Of a DNA stretch of 64,000 nt, positions 41,074 through 54,003 are shown piece after piece. The translations under genes and the position numbers were made by a program. Source of the stretch: an uncultured bacterium (GTDB taxonomy: Bacteria > Patescibacteriota > Minisyncoccia > UBA6257 > 2-01-FULL-56-20); the NCBI GenBank assembly GCA_963844965.1, contig CAWJQC010000006.1, positions 1 to 64,000 of the forward strand. The letters run 5' to 3'. Positions within the stretch are counted from its first letter, which is position 1, and the number at the start of each line of letters is the position of its first letter. The notes under the pieces were generated by a model. That model saw only the letters and a list, made by a program, of their open reading frames with translations. It searched no databases and was not told the origin of the DNA.

Positions 41074-44000
41074 TTACATGGTCGGCATCGGCACGTTCTT
41101 GTCAACAACGTCACCGACAACCTCTCCCACTGCACACTCCTTGGCAACGCTCCACGGCATTCCCGTCCTCTTTACGGTCTCGCGAAGAGCCGCCTCAAAG
41201 ATCCCTTCTTTGTAATTCTGGACGTCTTCAACCCTCGGACCAATTCCATAGCCATAAGGACCTCCCCAGCCGCCGTAAAGACTGCCGCCTATGCCCATTC
41301 GCCCGCCCATAAAACCGCGGTAGAACATGCCCCCGCCGTATCCTGTGCCATATACTTGCGGCTGTCCAAAATCAATGACCGAAGAAGACGACTTGAGGAA
41401 ATTCTTGGCGCTGTGCAAGAAATGATGACCCAATAATTTTCCCACTTTCATATGTTTTATGGCGTCATAATCCTGGAGTGTCATGCCGACCTTATCCGTT
41501 ACTTTAATCTTATCCAAAATCTCTGTCTGGAGATATTCTACGCGCGCCCTGAAGAGCGGCGTGTTCTCAGTATCGTTCAGCATCGCTTCGTACCAATTTT
41601 TAAGCGCGTGGTTGGATGTTTTCTTGACCAACTTGGCCAATCCATCCACGGTTTGGCTCTGTTCAGAGAAACTGGCGTGCGAAAATTCGCCTTCCATGTG
41701 GTTCTGGATATTGGCCTCAAAGTAAGCGAGAGCTTCGCCGCTCAACTTATGCGCCTCGGCGGATTTCATTTGGTTGGCCACATCAACAATGCTTTGAGAT
41801 TTTGAGAAGACACCGTTCAGATAATTGTCTATCGCGGCCCTCTGTGCCGGCGCGATTCCCCTCACTGCTTCTGCAGCCGCTTCGGCATGCAGAACGGGCG
41901 CGGCTTCGGCTCCCGGCGCCGTCATTTCCGTTTGTGGCGCAACCTCGTGGAACTTCGGCAATAACCTCCATAAGTTCCATTCCTCGCCTATACGTATACG
42001 CAACTCCGGCGCACAACTGGATCTTTCGCAAAATTTCCTATAAGATGGGAGCACCAATCCTTAAGCGAGGGGTCTGAAGATCTGACAAGAAAGCGGAGCA
42101 TTCCCTCATACATTTGTTGCTGCTCGGAAAAACTGCCGTGAGTAAACTTGTCTGCGATTTCCTGGATATTCTTATCCTCAAAATATTTCTGGGACGCGCT
42201 GTCCAATGTGTGCGCCGCCTGAAACTTCTCCAGGCTGTTTAAATGGTCATGCCAATCGGTAAATTTACGCGCATACTCAAAATACTGGTCTATTCCCGCC
42301 TTCATATTCGGGGCGTGCGCAATCCGAGCTGCCATTTCGTCGGGAGAAATCGTTCCGACGCCGCTCGCGTGCGCCGCCTCGGCGCCGGTCGGATGCGTCA
42401 CGGGGACTTCCGCTGTCGGATGAGCGCCGACAGCCGCTCCGTGCTCCGCCAATTTTCCGACGATAAGCTGTTTATGACCCGTGGCTTTCAGAAGCCAATC
42501 CGGCACGGGCTTATGCCCCTTCACGAACGCTTTATAAAGATCCTCATTGGTGCCGAAACGCAAATTTTTGGCATAATTGACAACTTCAAAATGTCCGCCT
42601 TGTGCGTCCGGCGTGAAAATAATCTGGTCATGCGCGTGGCTCAGGCCAACTTCGTTTATGGGAACCTTTATGCCGTTTATCTCCACAGTGGAATGCGCCC
42701 AAGCGTGCCTGAACTGTTCCTCATTTAAAGCCCTGCCGACAAACGAATGCGCCGCCTTCCAAATATTTCCTCCTTTCTCAATCGTCGCGACGTTGTGCGA
42801 CTCTTTGGCCACAGCTTCAAGATGCGAAGCTAACTTTGCGCCAGTGGGAATTTCGTGCTTTACGGCTGCGGCTTCCACCGCGAGCTTCGCAGCCGCGCCC
42901 TTATGCACCGCTGCCCCCGCACGCTTTACCCCGCTGTGTTCTTTCTCCCAAGCGGACCTCAGAAAATCGTAAGTGGCGCCCAATCTTTGCTTGAGCTCCA
43001 GCTTGCCAGACAGATAATCAACGGGGTGGATCCCGGTCATATCGGCGACGTTCCTGATAGCCAAGGCGGACGCGCCGGAACCAACCACCAATCCCGCCGC
43101 CCCCGCAAACAACCACCGGCGCTGTTTCAAGCGGCGCTCTTTTTCGCGCAAAGATGCTTCGCTGGATTCAAATTCTTTCAGCATGGCCGCATCCTCGCTT
43201 TTCAAAAACTGCGCCAGTCCTTCGGCAACCTTTCCTTTTTCGATTTTTTCCATAGCCTCGCCAATCTTGGAACCAATTAGGTGCTCGAGCTCCTTGGCGA
43301 TTTTTTGCTCGTGCCCTTTCCGCATGCCCTTCTCCAGGGCTACAGCGAGAGACGCGCCGCTCATCACTCTCAACGCAGCGATGCCTGCCCCACCCGACAA
43401 CGAACCGACCGCGACAGATATCACAACCTTCTTTTTCCAATCTACCTTGCCGTACCAATTCACGAAGTCATAGATCTTTTCTCTATATTTGTGCAGTTTT
43501 TTATTTTCCTCGATCTCCAGTGCCGTCTTCGTGTCGTAAAGCTGCTTGAATTCGCCGACCAGACCGAAGGTGGTAAATTTTTTAATCTCAGCTTCTTTCT
43601 CTTCCGCGGCAAACTCTCCGGCTTTGATTTTCCCATCAGCTTCTTTTTCAAAGAAACTCAATTTGTATTCAAACTCCTGCTTGCGCGCTTCCAAATATTC
43701 TTTTTGCGCCGCTTCCAGTCCTGTTTTCAATTTTTCCGCCTCTGCCCTCTCCTCCGGTTTTTTGCTTCCTTCAAGTTTTTTAATTTTGCGGCTTAGCTCA
43801 GCGTACTTCGCGCGCTCCTCGCCTAGATTTTTCTCTAATGCTTCGTATTTTTTGCGCTCCTCGCGCTCTTCCGGCGTTTCCGGCACTTTTTCTTTTTTGG
43901 CTTTCTCCTTGTCTCCGGCTTTTTCCTTGGCCCGAACTCCTCCCTCGGTCAGAACTGGCTCTTTTTCTGCAACTATTCCTTCTGCCGGTTTGGCCTCCGT

Positions 44001-45014
44001 TTTTTGACCGGCTGGTTGACCACCTTCGGACATGGCAACCTTAAGTCTGGCAATCAAATCCTCTGGCCGTCCTTTTTTTACTTCATCCTCAGTTGCCACT
44101 CCCAAAGTCAACAATACATGTTCCAATTTCTTACTTATAAAAGCTGGCACACCGCCCTTGTCCGTCGCGCTCAAAATTTCTCTCGCAATTTGCTTGGCTC
44201 GTTCAGCTTCTTTATCCTCAACAACCACCTGCTTCTGTTCCTTCTTTACAACGCCAGGCGCCCCTTCCTGCGCAAGCGGAACTTCGCCGGCTTCCGTTTC
44301 CGGTCTAGCTTCGGACCTGCTCGCTAACTTTTCCCTAATTATTGCGTACAATTCGTTTGGTGATTTCCCTTGTAATTCCGTGTCGCGGAATCCATAGGCT
44401 CTGAGAATTTCCTCTGCCCGCCTCGGCTGATACGATAAACCAGTATCTATTTCCGACAAAAGGCGGCGCGCGGCTTCGTCTGCCTGCTCTTCCAATGTTT
44501 TCGCCGGCGGCAGCTCAACGGCATATAACTCAGCCGACGGTTTTTCTCCGATTTCCGTCTCCGCAACCGCTTGTTTGACCTCTGCCGGCGCGGTTTCCAC
44601 GGGTGACTTCAGCGCGGTCAAAGCTTCTTTTGAGAATTGCTCCAGCTCTGCTTCGGAGATGCTCCCCTTCTCCTGGAGTTTAGCGGCCTCCTGCATAATT
44701 TCGTCATCGCGCACGTAATAATCTTCTTCGGAGAATTCCTGCTTTCCGTAAAAAGCTTCTGGAGCTCGTTGCGCTGGGAGCGAAGATCTTAACAATTCTG
44801 ATTTCTTCTCGGCTGGCGTAGGCACCACCTCCTGTGCCCGTTCCGTTTCCGACATCACAACTTTTCCGACGCTTTCCGGCACTGGAGCTTCCGCGGCAGG
44901 TTGTGCCGACTCGGCTCCCAAATCTAAATCAAGAATCTTATCGATTCTCTTGGGTCCTTCGGAGGTCGAGACGGCTTTTTTCTTCGCATGTCCCTCACCA
45001 AAAAGTTTTGCCAC
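41074..45014 (-). CDS. Large (~1300 aa) coiled-coil / charged-repeat protein with a Gly/Tyr-rich tail; probably one gene split by a frameshift near 42000
   Basis: ORFs 41988..45014 and 41074..42057 overlap; EK-rich coiled-coil segments; GYGGGMFYRGFMGG tail. Confidence 0.5.
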
Positions 45015-45765
45015 GGCGGCTCCGCCTTTTTAGCCGCAGCTCCCGTCTTCTCAATTAATCTGGCGCCGCTGCCTTTCGCCCGCCTCGCAAATTCAGCGAT
45101 TTGACTTTGCGTCGCGCCGGCATCCTCAGCCGCTGCCCTAACTTCAGTCGCACCATCTTTTGCTTTTTCTCCTGATCCGGAGTAGCCTCCCTGATTCTCC
45201 TTTCAACATCACTAAGAAACTTTTCCAGTCGGCTTTCTTCCTCCAAGGTTTCGGGAGGGCGGGTGCCGCCCGCCTCGGCGGTCCCCGCTTCGTGCTTTCC
45301 TATATTGACTTTAGGTAGAAGAGGTTTTTCTTTCATTGAATGTTATGCGCCTTTATGCGACGCTTTATATTCTGAAGCTTAAGCTCTTTTATTTCCTCCA
45401 ATATGTCATCAATCTCCTTTTTGTGCTCCTTTTTTAGGGCATCCACTTCCTTTATGAATTCATCAAGTATTTTCTTCAGAGTCGCCAATTTATTATCAGG
45501 CATTGTATGTTAATTATAGCAAATAATAAGGCGAATCTTATGTTTCAATTTATGCTTCAATTATAGCAATTATCCATCAGAATGTCAAGTTCGGCTGGTA
45601 ACACGCGCCAGCCATCTGAAAATCGTTCAAATCATCGCAGATTGTTGTCGTAATTCAATTTTGCCCGCCGAACAAACTCCGCAATGTAAAAACCGCACTT
45701 ATCGGCGGGCGCTAAAGAGAAAATATTTACTTACCGACGGATGTGGAGGTAAAATATAAGTATCA

Positions 45766-47948
45766 ATGGCAAAAAGAAACGGCAAAAAGGAACGTAAAGA
45801 AAAAAACAATAGAAATGACGCGCGGCGCGAACCGCCGCGCGAAGAACGGCTCCATCCCGACACGAAAAAAAGCATCTGGGCGATAACTTTTTTGGGTCTC
45901 GCTGTTATTTTCACCCTGGCCGCCTTCGCTAAAGCGGGACCTTTCGGCGACTTTCTGCACGGAATATTCGCAACGCTTTTCGGAGCCGGCTACTTCATGC
46001 TGCCCCTCGGCCTCACACTCGCCGCGGCCATCCTGCTCCTCACAGAAAGGCAAAGGGTCGTTGGCATTACAACGCTCGGCGCCGCGCTTATAGTTTGCTC
46101 GGCGCTCGGGCTCATAGAACTTGCCTCCGCCGGCAAGGGCGGCTGGCTCGGCCTCGTTTTCGGCTCTCTTAGATTGCCGTTCGGGACAACGGCGGCCGTG
46201 GTATTGAACATCGCGATTCTTGTAATCGGCATCCTCATTACCGTCAATATCCCACTCAAGCTCAGAAGACAGAGGAAAGATCTGGCCGCTGGCGAGGAAG
46301 GGAAAACGCTCGTGGTCACCGGCGAAGAGGCGGATGAACGACAAGAGACAGGCGGCAAAGGACAAGGGACAAGTGGCGAAAAGACAAAGGATGCGGAAAC
46401 CGAAAGAAACGCAAGTAAAGCCGAGATCGTTGAAAACGCCGCGCTCGCCGTGGAACCGAAAAAGGTCAGTCCGCCAAAATTCGCGGACTACATCCCGCCG
46501 CCACTCTCGCTCCTCAAATCCACCGGCGAGAAACCGACGACCGGCGACCTTCTCGCGAACGCCAACGTAATCAAGCGCACGCTTGATTCTTTCGGCATCG
46601 CGGTGGAAATGGGCGAAATAAACGTGGGGCCGGCCGTGACACGCTACACACTGAAACCGGCGGAGGGAATGAAGCTCTCGCGCATTGAGGCGTTGCACAA
46701 TGATCTGGCGCTGGCCTTGGCCGCGCACCCGATAAGAATAGAGGCGCCGATTCCTGGAAAATCTTTGGTTGGGATTGAAGTGCCGAACAAAGCCGCCGCG
46801 CTCGTGCGGCTCGGCAGTTTAATGACCTATCCGGAATTCCAAAAATCCGGTCCCTTGGGCTTCGTCCTCGGCCGCGACGTCTCCGGCAATCCGGTCTTCG
46901 CCGATATAGAAAAGATGCCGCACATGCTCGTCGCCGGCGCGACCGGTTCGGGAAAATCCATTCTGATACATTCGCTTCTTGTATCGCTTTTGTACAAAAA
47001 CTCACCCGCCACGCTTAAACTCATCCTCATAGACCCGAAACGCGTTGAACTTTCGGTTTACGACCATATACCGCATTTAGTGGGTCCCGTAATCATGGAA
47101 AGCAAAAAGGCGCTTGGCGTTTTCCGCTGGGCAATAAACGAAATGGAACGGAGATATGACCTACTTCTCCATGCCGGCAGCCGCGACATCAAAAGCTACA
47201 ACCAAAACGGCGGTAAGGACGAACCGCTCCCCTACCTTCTTATAGTCATAGACGAACTCGCGGATATGATGGCTTCATACGGCCGCGAAGTTGAGGGCTC
47301 AATCGTGCGTTTGGCACAGATGGCGCGGGCGACGGGCTTCATCTCATACTCTCAACGCAAAGGCCGTCGGTTGAAGTTATCACGGGGCTCATCAAGGCGA
47401 ACATCACGTCCCGCGCGGCGCTGCAGGTCGCAAGCCAAGTTGACTCACGGACAATATTGGATATGGGCGGCGCGGAAAAACTTCTGGGCCACGGCGACTT
47501 GCTTTATGTTTCTTCGGAACTTTCAAAACCCAAGAGAATCCAGGGCTCTTACATCACGGAGGAAGAGATAAATAAGGTGGCGGACTTCATACGCGACAAC
47601 AACATCCCGGACATAACCGGAATGACCAGCTTCGCGCCTGCCGCGGATTCGGAGCCAGACGAGAAAGGCGGGGGCGGAATGTTTGATGAATACCTTGAAG
47701 ATGAGGATGACGAACTGTATGATGAGGCGGTTGAAGTCGTGCGCGAGGCGAAAAAAGCATCGGCTTCGCTCCTCCAGCGGCGGCTCAAGGTCGGCTATGC
47801 CCGGGCCGCGCGGCTTCTGGACATTATGGAGGGGCGCGGCATTATCGGGCCGGGCGAAGGCGCGAAACCACGGGATGTTTATTTAGAAAAAATACCTGGA
47901 GGCCATGACGCCACCGGCTACGGAAACGAAGCCGGCGAAGAAGAATGA
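45766..47948 (+). CDS. ftsK: DNA translocase FtsK (frameshift ~47335, G-run)
   Basis: N-terminal TM segments, Walker A GATGSGKS, winged-helix gamma domain SLLQRRLKVGYARAARLLDIMEGRGIIG. Confidence 0.85.
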
Positions 47949-48045
47949 AAGGTGTCACAATGAATCCCGTTAGAAGCCGCGATCGCTAAATGCAATATAT
48001 CAATTTTTATAGAATGGATAATTGTTTCCGTAAGTTAATAAATTC

Positions 48046-48771
48046 TTGTGGGTCGCTGATCGCGAATCTGCTTCTAACGGGATGAACCCCGAAGATAACT
48101 TGGAAAATCTCGATTTTGCGCAATTTTTGCGCGGGCGACTAAAAGAACGTGGATTCAATCTGAAAAAACTTTCGGAAGTTTCCGGTGTCTCCGCAAAGCA
48201 TCTGGAAGCGCTCGCATCCGGCAATTTCCAGCATCTTCCTTCAGCCCCCTACTTCCGCGGATATGTAGCGCGCCTCGGGCAAATTCTGGATTTTGACGGC
48301 GAGTTCTGGTGGAAAAAACTGAGGGAGGCCGAATCGGTAAAGAGTTCGGAAAAAAGCGACGAGCCGTCCGAAAACAGATTCGTGCGCGCGAAGAACAAAA
48401 AAATCGCGGCGTGGATCGCTGCCGCGGCGCTGATGATAATTTTATTTTTCGGATTCGGGCTCGCGAGAATATCCGGCAAGCCAGTCATAAAAATCACAAG
48501 TCCTTCGGGAAATCCGGCAATCGTGGACACCGCTCAAATTGACATCACGGGTACCCTGAAAAACGCGAGCGAACTTTACGTGAACGGCGAACTCGTAAAT
48601 CCGAGCCCGGACGGCTCATGGACCAAAACTGTTCTCTTGGGCGCCGGCGCCAATTCGTTTGAAATCCTCGCCAAAAAATTCCTCGGCGGCGAAACGAAGA
48701 TCGTAGAGCAGATCATTTATGAACCGCCGGCCACAACAACGACTTCAACCGTTGGCTTGAATCTGAGATAG
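48046..48771 (+). CDS. RodZ-like HTH + TM cytoskeleton-associated protein
   Basis: An N-terminal XRE-like HTH, a single TM segment and a beta-rich C-terminus. Confidence 0.55.
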   Translation: MWVADRESASNGMNPEDNLENLDFAQFLRGRLKERGFNLKKLSEVSGVSAKHLEALASGNFQHLPSAPYFRGYVARLGQILDFDGEFWWKKLREAESVKSSEKSDEPSENRFVRAKNKKIAAWIAAAALMIILFFGFGLARISGKPVIKITSPSGNPAIVDTAQIDITGTLKNASELYVNGELVNPSPDGSWTKTVLLGAGANSFEILAKKFLGGETKIVEQIIYEPPATTTTSTVGLNLR

Positions 48772-48796
48772 ACAGCAAATGTGCTAATATAAAATA

Positions 48797-50530
48797 ATGA
48801 AACAGGCGGGGCAACTATTAATATTTTCCATTTTACTACTTTTGGCGGTAGGAAGTTTCGCGCGCGCGCAATCCGCGGACACCATCCCCCCGTCGGTTCC
48901 GACCGGCGTTACCGCGACCGTTCTTCCCGGCTTGCAAGTTCAGGTTTCCTGGACCGCATCAACTGACAATGTCGGCGTCGCCGGGTATTACGTTTACCGG
49001 AACGGCATGCTCATCGGCAGTACCTCAGATCTGACGTTCACCGATAAGGTGCCGTTTCAGGGATTATATTCCTACACCGTTTCCGCTTATGACGCGGCCG
49101 GGAATCTGTCGCCAAACCAATCACTTCCTTCCAGCATCGTAACAGTTGCGAGCGATACGACGCCTCCTTCCGTTCCCGCCAGCCTCGCGGTAACAACGAT
49201 AACCAGTTCATCCATCACCATTTCCTGGGCCGCGTCAACGGATAATGTCGGCGTCGCCGGATATTACGTTTACCGGAACGGCAGCCGGCTCGTCATCTCC
49301 ACATCAAGCGCCCTCACAGCGACAACCTATACCGACTCCGGACTCACTTGGGGCACCACCTACATCTATACCGTCGCCGCTTACGACGCATCGGGAAATA
49401 TTTCCAGTCAGTCAAGTCCGGTCACCGCGACCACAATATCCGACATCTATCCCCCCTCAACCCCGTTCCTTCTCTCAGCCACCACAAAATCGTCCGGCGA
49501 AATTGATATCACCTGGAGTCCTTCAACCGACAATGTCGGTGTGGCGGGATACTATATATACCGAGGCGGAAGTCAGATTGCGGCCGTTTCATCCACCCCA
49601 CTCGCCTACAAAGATACAGGCCTTTCCGCCGGAACCGATTATTCCTATTATATTGCCGCCTACGACGCAGCGGGAAATATTTCTCTGGACAGCAATTCGC
49701 TGGACACGACGACATTTCCTCCGGACACTATACCGCCATCAATGCCGGACGGCTTCACGGCCAAGGCCGTTTCCGCGTCGCAAATTCAGTTGAGCTGGAT
49801 GCCAGCATCGGACAACGTCGGCGTCGCCGGATATCATCTTTATAGAAGCGGCGGCCAACTCCCCAATTCCACCACCACTTTCAGCAGCAACAGCCAAATT
49901 TTAGACACCACATCCACTTCCTACATGGATACCGGCCTCGCTTCCGATACAATATACGTCTACGCGGTAGAGGCCTACGATGCAGCAGGAAATCTTTCGC
50001 CGCAATCCACCGTCACCGCGACGACACTTTCGTCTGGAACGATTGCCCCCACGACTACGTCGCCCGCTGTTACGAGCAATCCCACCGCCGTGAATCCACC
50101 AGCGACAACGGCTCCGACCGTCACGGCCACGGCACCCGCAAATAATGCCGCCGTTTTTACAACAACTTTATATATTGGACTGCGCAGCGATGAAGTGAAA
50201 ACTTTGCAGTCATTTTTAATACAGGAAGGTTATCTCGCGGCGGGAAATGACACGGGATTTTTCGGACAACTGACCCAGAGCGCGGTTCAGAAATTCCAGT
50301 GCGACCAGAACATTGTTTGCTCCGGCGATCCGCAGAGCACCGGCTGGGGATTGGTCGGCGCAAAAACGAGAAGCGCACTGAACGCGCTCTATTCCGCTCC
50401 CACTTCCGCGCAAGCGCCCGCCGCGAGCGGCGGCGCTCCATCAGTGGCACAGCTGCAGGCGCAAATTCAATCGCTTGAAGCGCTATTGCAATCGCTTGAA
50501 GCACAACTCAACAACCAAAACGCGAAATAG
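48797..50530 (+). CDS. Secreted protein with ~5 FN3 domains and a C-terminal peptidoglycan-binding domain
   Basis: Repeated W..S.DNVGVAGY.(V/I)YR motifs; C-terminal LQSFLIQEGYL...GFFGQLTQSAVQKFQ. Confidence 0.75.
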   Translation: MKQAGQLLIFSILLLLAVGSFARAQSADTIPPSVPTGVTATVLPGLQVQVSWTASTDNVGVAGYYVYRNGMLIGSTSDLTFTDKVPFQGLYSYTVSAYDAAGNLSPNQSLPSSIVTVASDTTPPSVPASLAVTTITSSSITISWAASTDNVGVAGYYVYRNGSRLVISTSSALTATTYTDSGLTWGTTYIYTVAAYDASGNISSQSSPVTATTISDIYPPSTPFLLSATTKSSGEIDITWSPSTDNVGVAGYYIYRGGSQIAAVSSTPLAYKDTGLSAGTDYSYYIAAYDAAGNISLDSNSLDTTTFPPDTIPPSMPDGFTAKAVSASQIQLSWMPASDNVGVAGYHLYRSGGQLPNSTTTFSSNSQILDTTSTSYMDTGLASDTIYVYAVEAYDAAGNLSPQSTVTATTLSSGTIAPTTTSPAVTSNPTAVNPPATTAPTVTATAPANNAAVFTTTLYIGLRSDEVKTLQSFLIQEGYLAAGNDTGFFGQLTQSAVQKFQCDQNIVCSGDPQSTGWGLVGAKTRSALNALYSAPTSAQAPAASGGAPSVAQLQAQIQSLEALLQSLEAQLNNQNAK

Positions 50531-50544
50531 CAGGAGTTTCTCGG

Positions 50545-50650
50545 CTCAAACGCAAATTCCCTTGAGATCGGCGCGAAAAAATTCCTCGGCGGCGAAACGA
50601 AAATCATTGAGCAGATTATTTGCGAACCAACGGCGACATCTGCCACACCT
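50545..50650. repeat. ~105-bp direct repeat of the 3' end of 48046-48771 (copy of 48655-48770)
   Basis: Direct comparison, ~85% identity. Confidence 0.6.
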
Positions 50651-50714
50651 TTCGGCCAAAATCCATAACCGCATAATTGTTTGAGAGGGTCGCGGAAGGA
50701 ATGAAAAACTGCCG

Positions 50715-51101
50715 TTACTGCGCGGCAGTTCCTTCTTCGGGGTTTCTGTGTGTCAACTTTTCGCCACACTCTTCGCATTTAAACCAATCGCTACACTTGC
50801 TACCATCCCATTCCAATCCCGGAACTATTATCCCGGAGCGGATTGCCCGCGGGGGGTCGTCGTTGCGTTGGCCAAAATGAACATGGGGTGTTTCTTTTTG
50901 GCACTTGCGGCAAAACAAAACTATAGTCATTTCGGATTTTGGGTCGCCGCCGACCGTCACCGTCTTCGCGTCTATCCTATTCCCGCGGCCTAAGCCACCT
51001 TTCATATATTGGGGCCATTCATCAACTTGCGCAGCAGTGATTTTCGCAAAATTCCAGAAACCTCTCTCTTTTTCATTTTCAAGACTCCTTCTCGTTCCCA
51101 T
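50715..51101 (-). CDS. Hypothetical zinc-ribbon protein
   Basis: CRKC...C.EC pairs. Confidence 0.45.
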   Translation of the reverse strand: MGTRRSLENEKERGFWNFAKITAAQVDEWPQYMKGGLGRGNRIDAKTVTVGGDPKSEMTIVLFCRKCQKETPHVHFGQRNDDPPRAIRSGIIVPGLEWDGSKCSDWFKCEECGEKLTHRNPEEGTAAQ

Positions 51102-51329
51102 TTTGCTACCCCCTTTTCAGACAGATAAATTAACTTCTATTACTGTACACCTATTCAAAGACTTCATCAAGCTGTTGTACGCTGGATTCAAACTCCCACT
51201 TCGTTTGACAACCAAAACCATTGTTGTAAACTCAATACCATATAAATTAAATAAGCTTTTAGGTTTTAGCTGTTAGCTTTTAGGAAAAACCCGAAGGGCA
51301 ACTCAAAGCTAAAAGCTCAATAAATACAC

Positions 51330-52432
51330 ATGGTTCAAGCCGCCGCTCCAAAAAAATCCAAAGAAGGTACGCCGCAAAGTAAAGAAGAAAATCAAAAGCA
51401 GCTAGATAATCTTCTCTCTTCGCTCCAGGAAAAATACGGCGAAGGAGCGATTATGAAATTGGGCGAAGCGCGCAAAGTTGACGTGGCGGTCGTGCCAACC
51501 GGCTCGTTTTCGCTGGATATGGCGCTTGGCGTCGGCGGCTTGCCTCGCGGGAGAATTATTGAAATCTTCGGGCCGGAGATGAGCGGGAAAACCACACTCG
51601 CCTTGAATGTCGTCGCGCAGGCGCAAAAACAAGGCGGTAAAGCGGCTTTCATTGACGCCGAGCATGCCCTGGACCCGGAATATGCCGCTAAGCTCGGCGT
51701 GAAAGTCAATGAACTTTTGATATCGCAACCCGACAACGGCGAAGAAGCGCTGAATATTCTGGAAAGCCTGGTCAGGTCGGAGATGATTTCCGTTGTTGTC
51801 GTGGACTCCGTCGCCGCGCTCACGCCAAAAGCGGAACTTGAAGGAGAGATGGGCGAACAACATGTCGGGCGGCAGGCAAGGATGATGGGCCAAGCCATCA
51901 GAAAGCTGACAGCAATCGCCGCGAAGACGCAAACGATGGTGATTTTTATAAACCAGCTGAGGATGAAAATAGGGATAATGTTCGGCAATCCCGAAACGAC
52001 GCCGGGGGGGATGGCCTTGAAGTTCGCCGCCTCCGTCCGCATTGACGTCCGCCGCATGGCCCAGGTCAAAAAAGGAGAAGAGGTTGTCGGCAACCGCGTC
52101 AAGGCAAAAGTCGTTAAAAACAAAGTCGCGCCGCCGTTCAAGCTCGCGGAGTTTGACATTATGTTCAGCGAAGGAATTTCCTATGAAGCCGATGTGCTGA
52201 ACGCCGGGATAAGATACGGAGTCATCAAAAAATCCGGCGCGAGTTACGGCTTTTCCGCCCAAGGCGGATCCGCCTCTGGCGGAGAGACGATAAAATTGGG
52301 CACGGCTTTGATAATGTCCGCCTGAAGCTGAAAGAGGACAAGAAATTACTGAACGAGATCAAAAAGAAAGTGACGGAGACAGCGAAAACAGGAGTGATAG
52401 CGGCGAAGAGCGAAAAGGGAGAGGAAGAATAA
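51330..52432 (+). CDS. recA: Recombinase RecA (frameshift ~52245-52275; the C-terminal tail is in the +1 frame)
   Basis: Walker [10 protein letters not shown] plus loop L1/L2 regions; the tail [22 protein letters not shown] continues in another frame. Confidence 0.9.
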
Positions 52433-52451
52433 CGCAACCGATAGAAAACAA

Positions 52452-52483
52452 AAAGAGGCGCAAAAGCGCCTCTTTAGTTTTTA
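52452..52483 (+). terminator. Intrinsic terminator (agaggcgc aaaa gcgcctct followed by a T-run)
   Basis: Seen directly. Confidence 0.6.
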
Positions 52484-52517
52484 TATATCCAGTTCATAAA
52501 TTCTGGCGAAATCGGAA

Positions 52518-52784
52518 CTAATGCAAAAAGTGGTACGGGTATGCATCAGTGGCCGACGTCGGTTTCCTAACCGGCCTCGGATAATAATGTCCGAAGTACC
52601 AACCACCGCGATAGCGATATGTACGAACGTGGTCGTCAGGATGCGCACGCTTGAATGCAATCATCGCCGTAACCGCTTCGGTTTGCGTTTTGTATCGTTC
52701 TTTTCCGTCACATGCGTTTCTTCTAAGCCTGCGCTTGCTGGCCACAACCCCCTCCTTCCTTAGAGAATCAACGTACCGCGACAC
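52518..52784 (-). CDS. Hypothetical small basic protein
   Basis: ORF only. Confidence 0.4.
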   Translation of the reverse strand: MSRYVDSLRKEGVVASKRRLRRNACDGKERYKTQTEAVTAMIAFKRAHPDDHVRTYRYRGGWYFGHYYPRPVRKPTSATDAYPYHFLH

Positions 52785-52834
52785 GCTGGCCTTATCCTAA
52801 ACCACTCTTCCAAAATTAGCAACAGGAGCAAATT

Positions 52835-53909
52835 TTAAAGCCGCGCTATCGCCTGCTTCAGCCCGTCAAGCGAAGTGCTCATCATCAAGTATCCCTGATA
52901 CCAGCCGTAGACAAACGTTGCGCCCGGCTGCGAAAACGCAAGCGCTCGGAAAGACGAATTCGCCGCAGTGACATCTTGAAATCCCACAGCCGAAGGGTCG
53001 CCGGGAGAAACCAAAAAGAAATTTTCAATTTTGGTCGTCATTGCTTCAAGTTTCGCCACGTTGTCCTTAAGAAACAGCCAATTTTCCGCCGGCTTCAATT
53101 TCAAAACATACCCAGGCCAAATGCCGTTCGCGTCTTTGTAGGCAAAAACTGTGGCGTCGGGGTTAAAATGCGCGAGAACATACTGTGGGTCAAGAACGGC
53201 GGTATCCGCGGCGGAAAAAATATCGTTCACGTAGGCATCGGTGCCATCGGCTTTCTTCGCGTCAATTTCAAAAAATGTGGACGTGGGGCGGGCTCCGGCA
53301 AAGATACCCGAGAAGCGCTGCGGGAACGTCTGCAGATCCGAAGCGTTCTGCGCGGCGCTACTCAAAGTCAATGTTAGCGTCTGATCAACCGGCTTGCTGA
53401 ACAAAGTGGCGTGCGTGAAACTTGCGCCGACCGGCTGAGGATTGGTATATTGCTGTGTTTGACCTTGCGTCGCAGCCGGAGCCGACGTTCCGGAAACATT
53501 TCCACCGCCAAAGAATATGCTGTAAGCCAAATATATGATGGCCGCGAGAACTATAAGCGCTACAACGGCCACAAAAACAACGGGCCAGAAACATTTTGGG
53601 TCTTACCTCGCTTTCTTTGTTTTCCGGCGCGCGCTCTTTCTTCGCGACTGCCGCGGCTACATCCCCGCCGCCAAGCGCCGCGAATCTTTCCTCAAGCTGG
53701 TTGACCTCTTTGGACGGCTCTTCCTCACTGGCTATCTCGTCATAAGCCGGCAATTTCGGAGCTTTGACGCTTTTAAATTCCGGCCCTCCCCCAGGGCGAG
53801 ACATCGCCTCAAGATCGCTTTGCATCGTCCGCACCTTTACATCCGGCGGCGGAGGCGGAGCCGAAGGAATTTCGGCTATTCCCAAATTTTCGTTTGAAGT
53901 ATCGGCCAT
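52835..53909 (-). CDS. Hypothetical membrane-anchored protein (frameshift ~53570)
   Basis: Two overlapping ORFs; a TM segment VVALIVLAAIIYLAY. Confidence 0.5.
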
Positions 53910-54003
53910 TGCAATTTAATTTTAGCACGAAAGAACCACGCAAAAAAATAGTCGGCTCCCGAGAAGCCGACTAAATCCTCAATCTCCAGAAATAAACAGG
54001 GGG

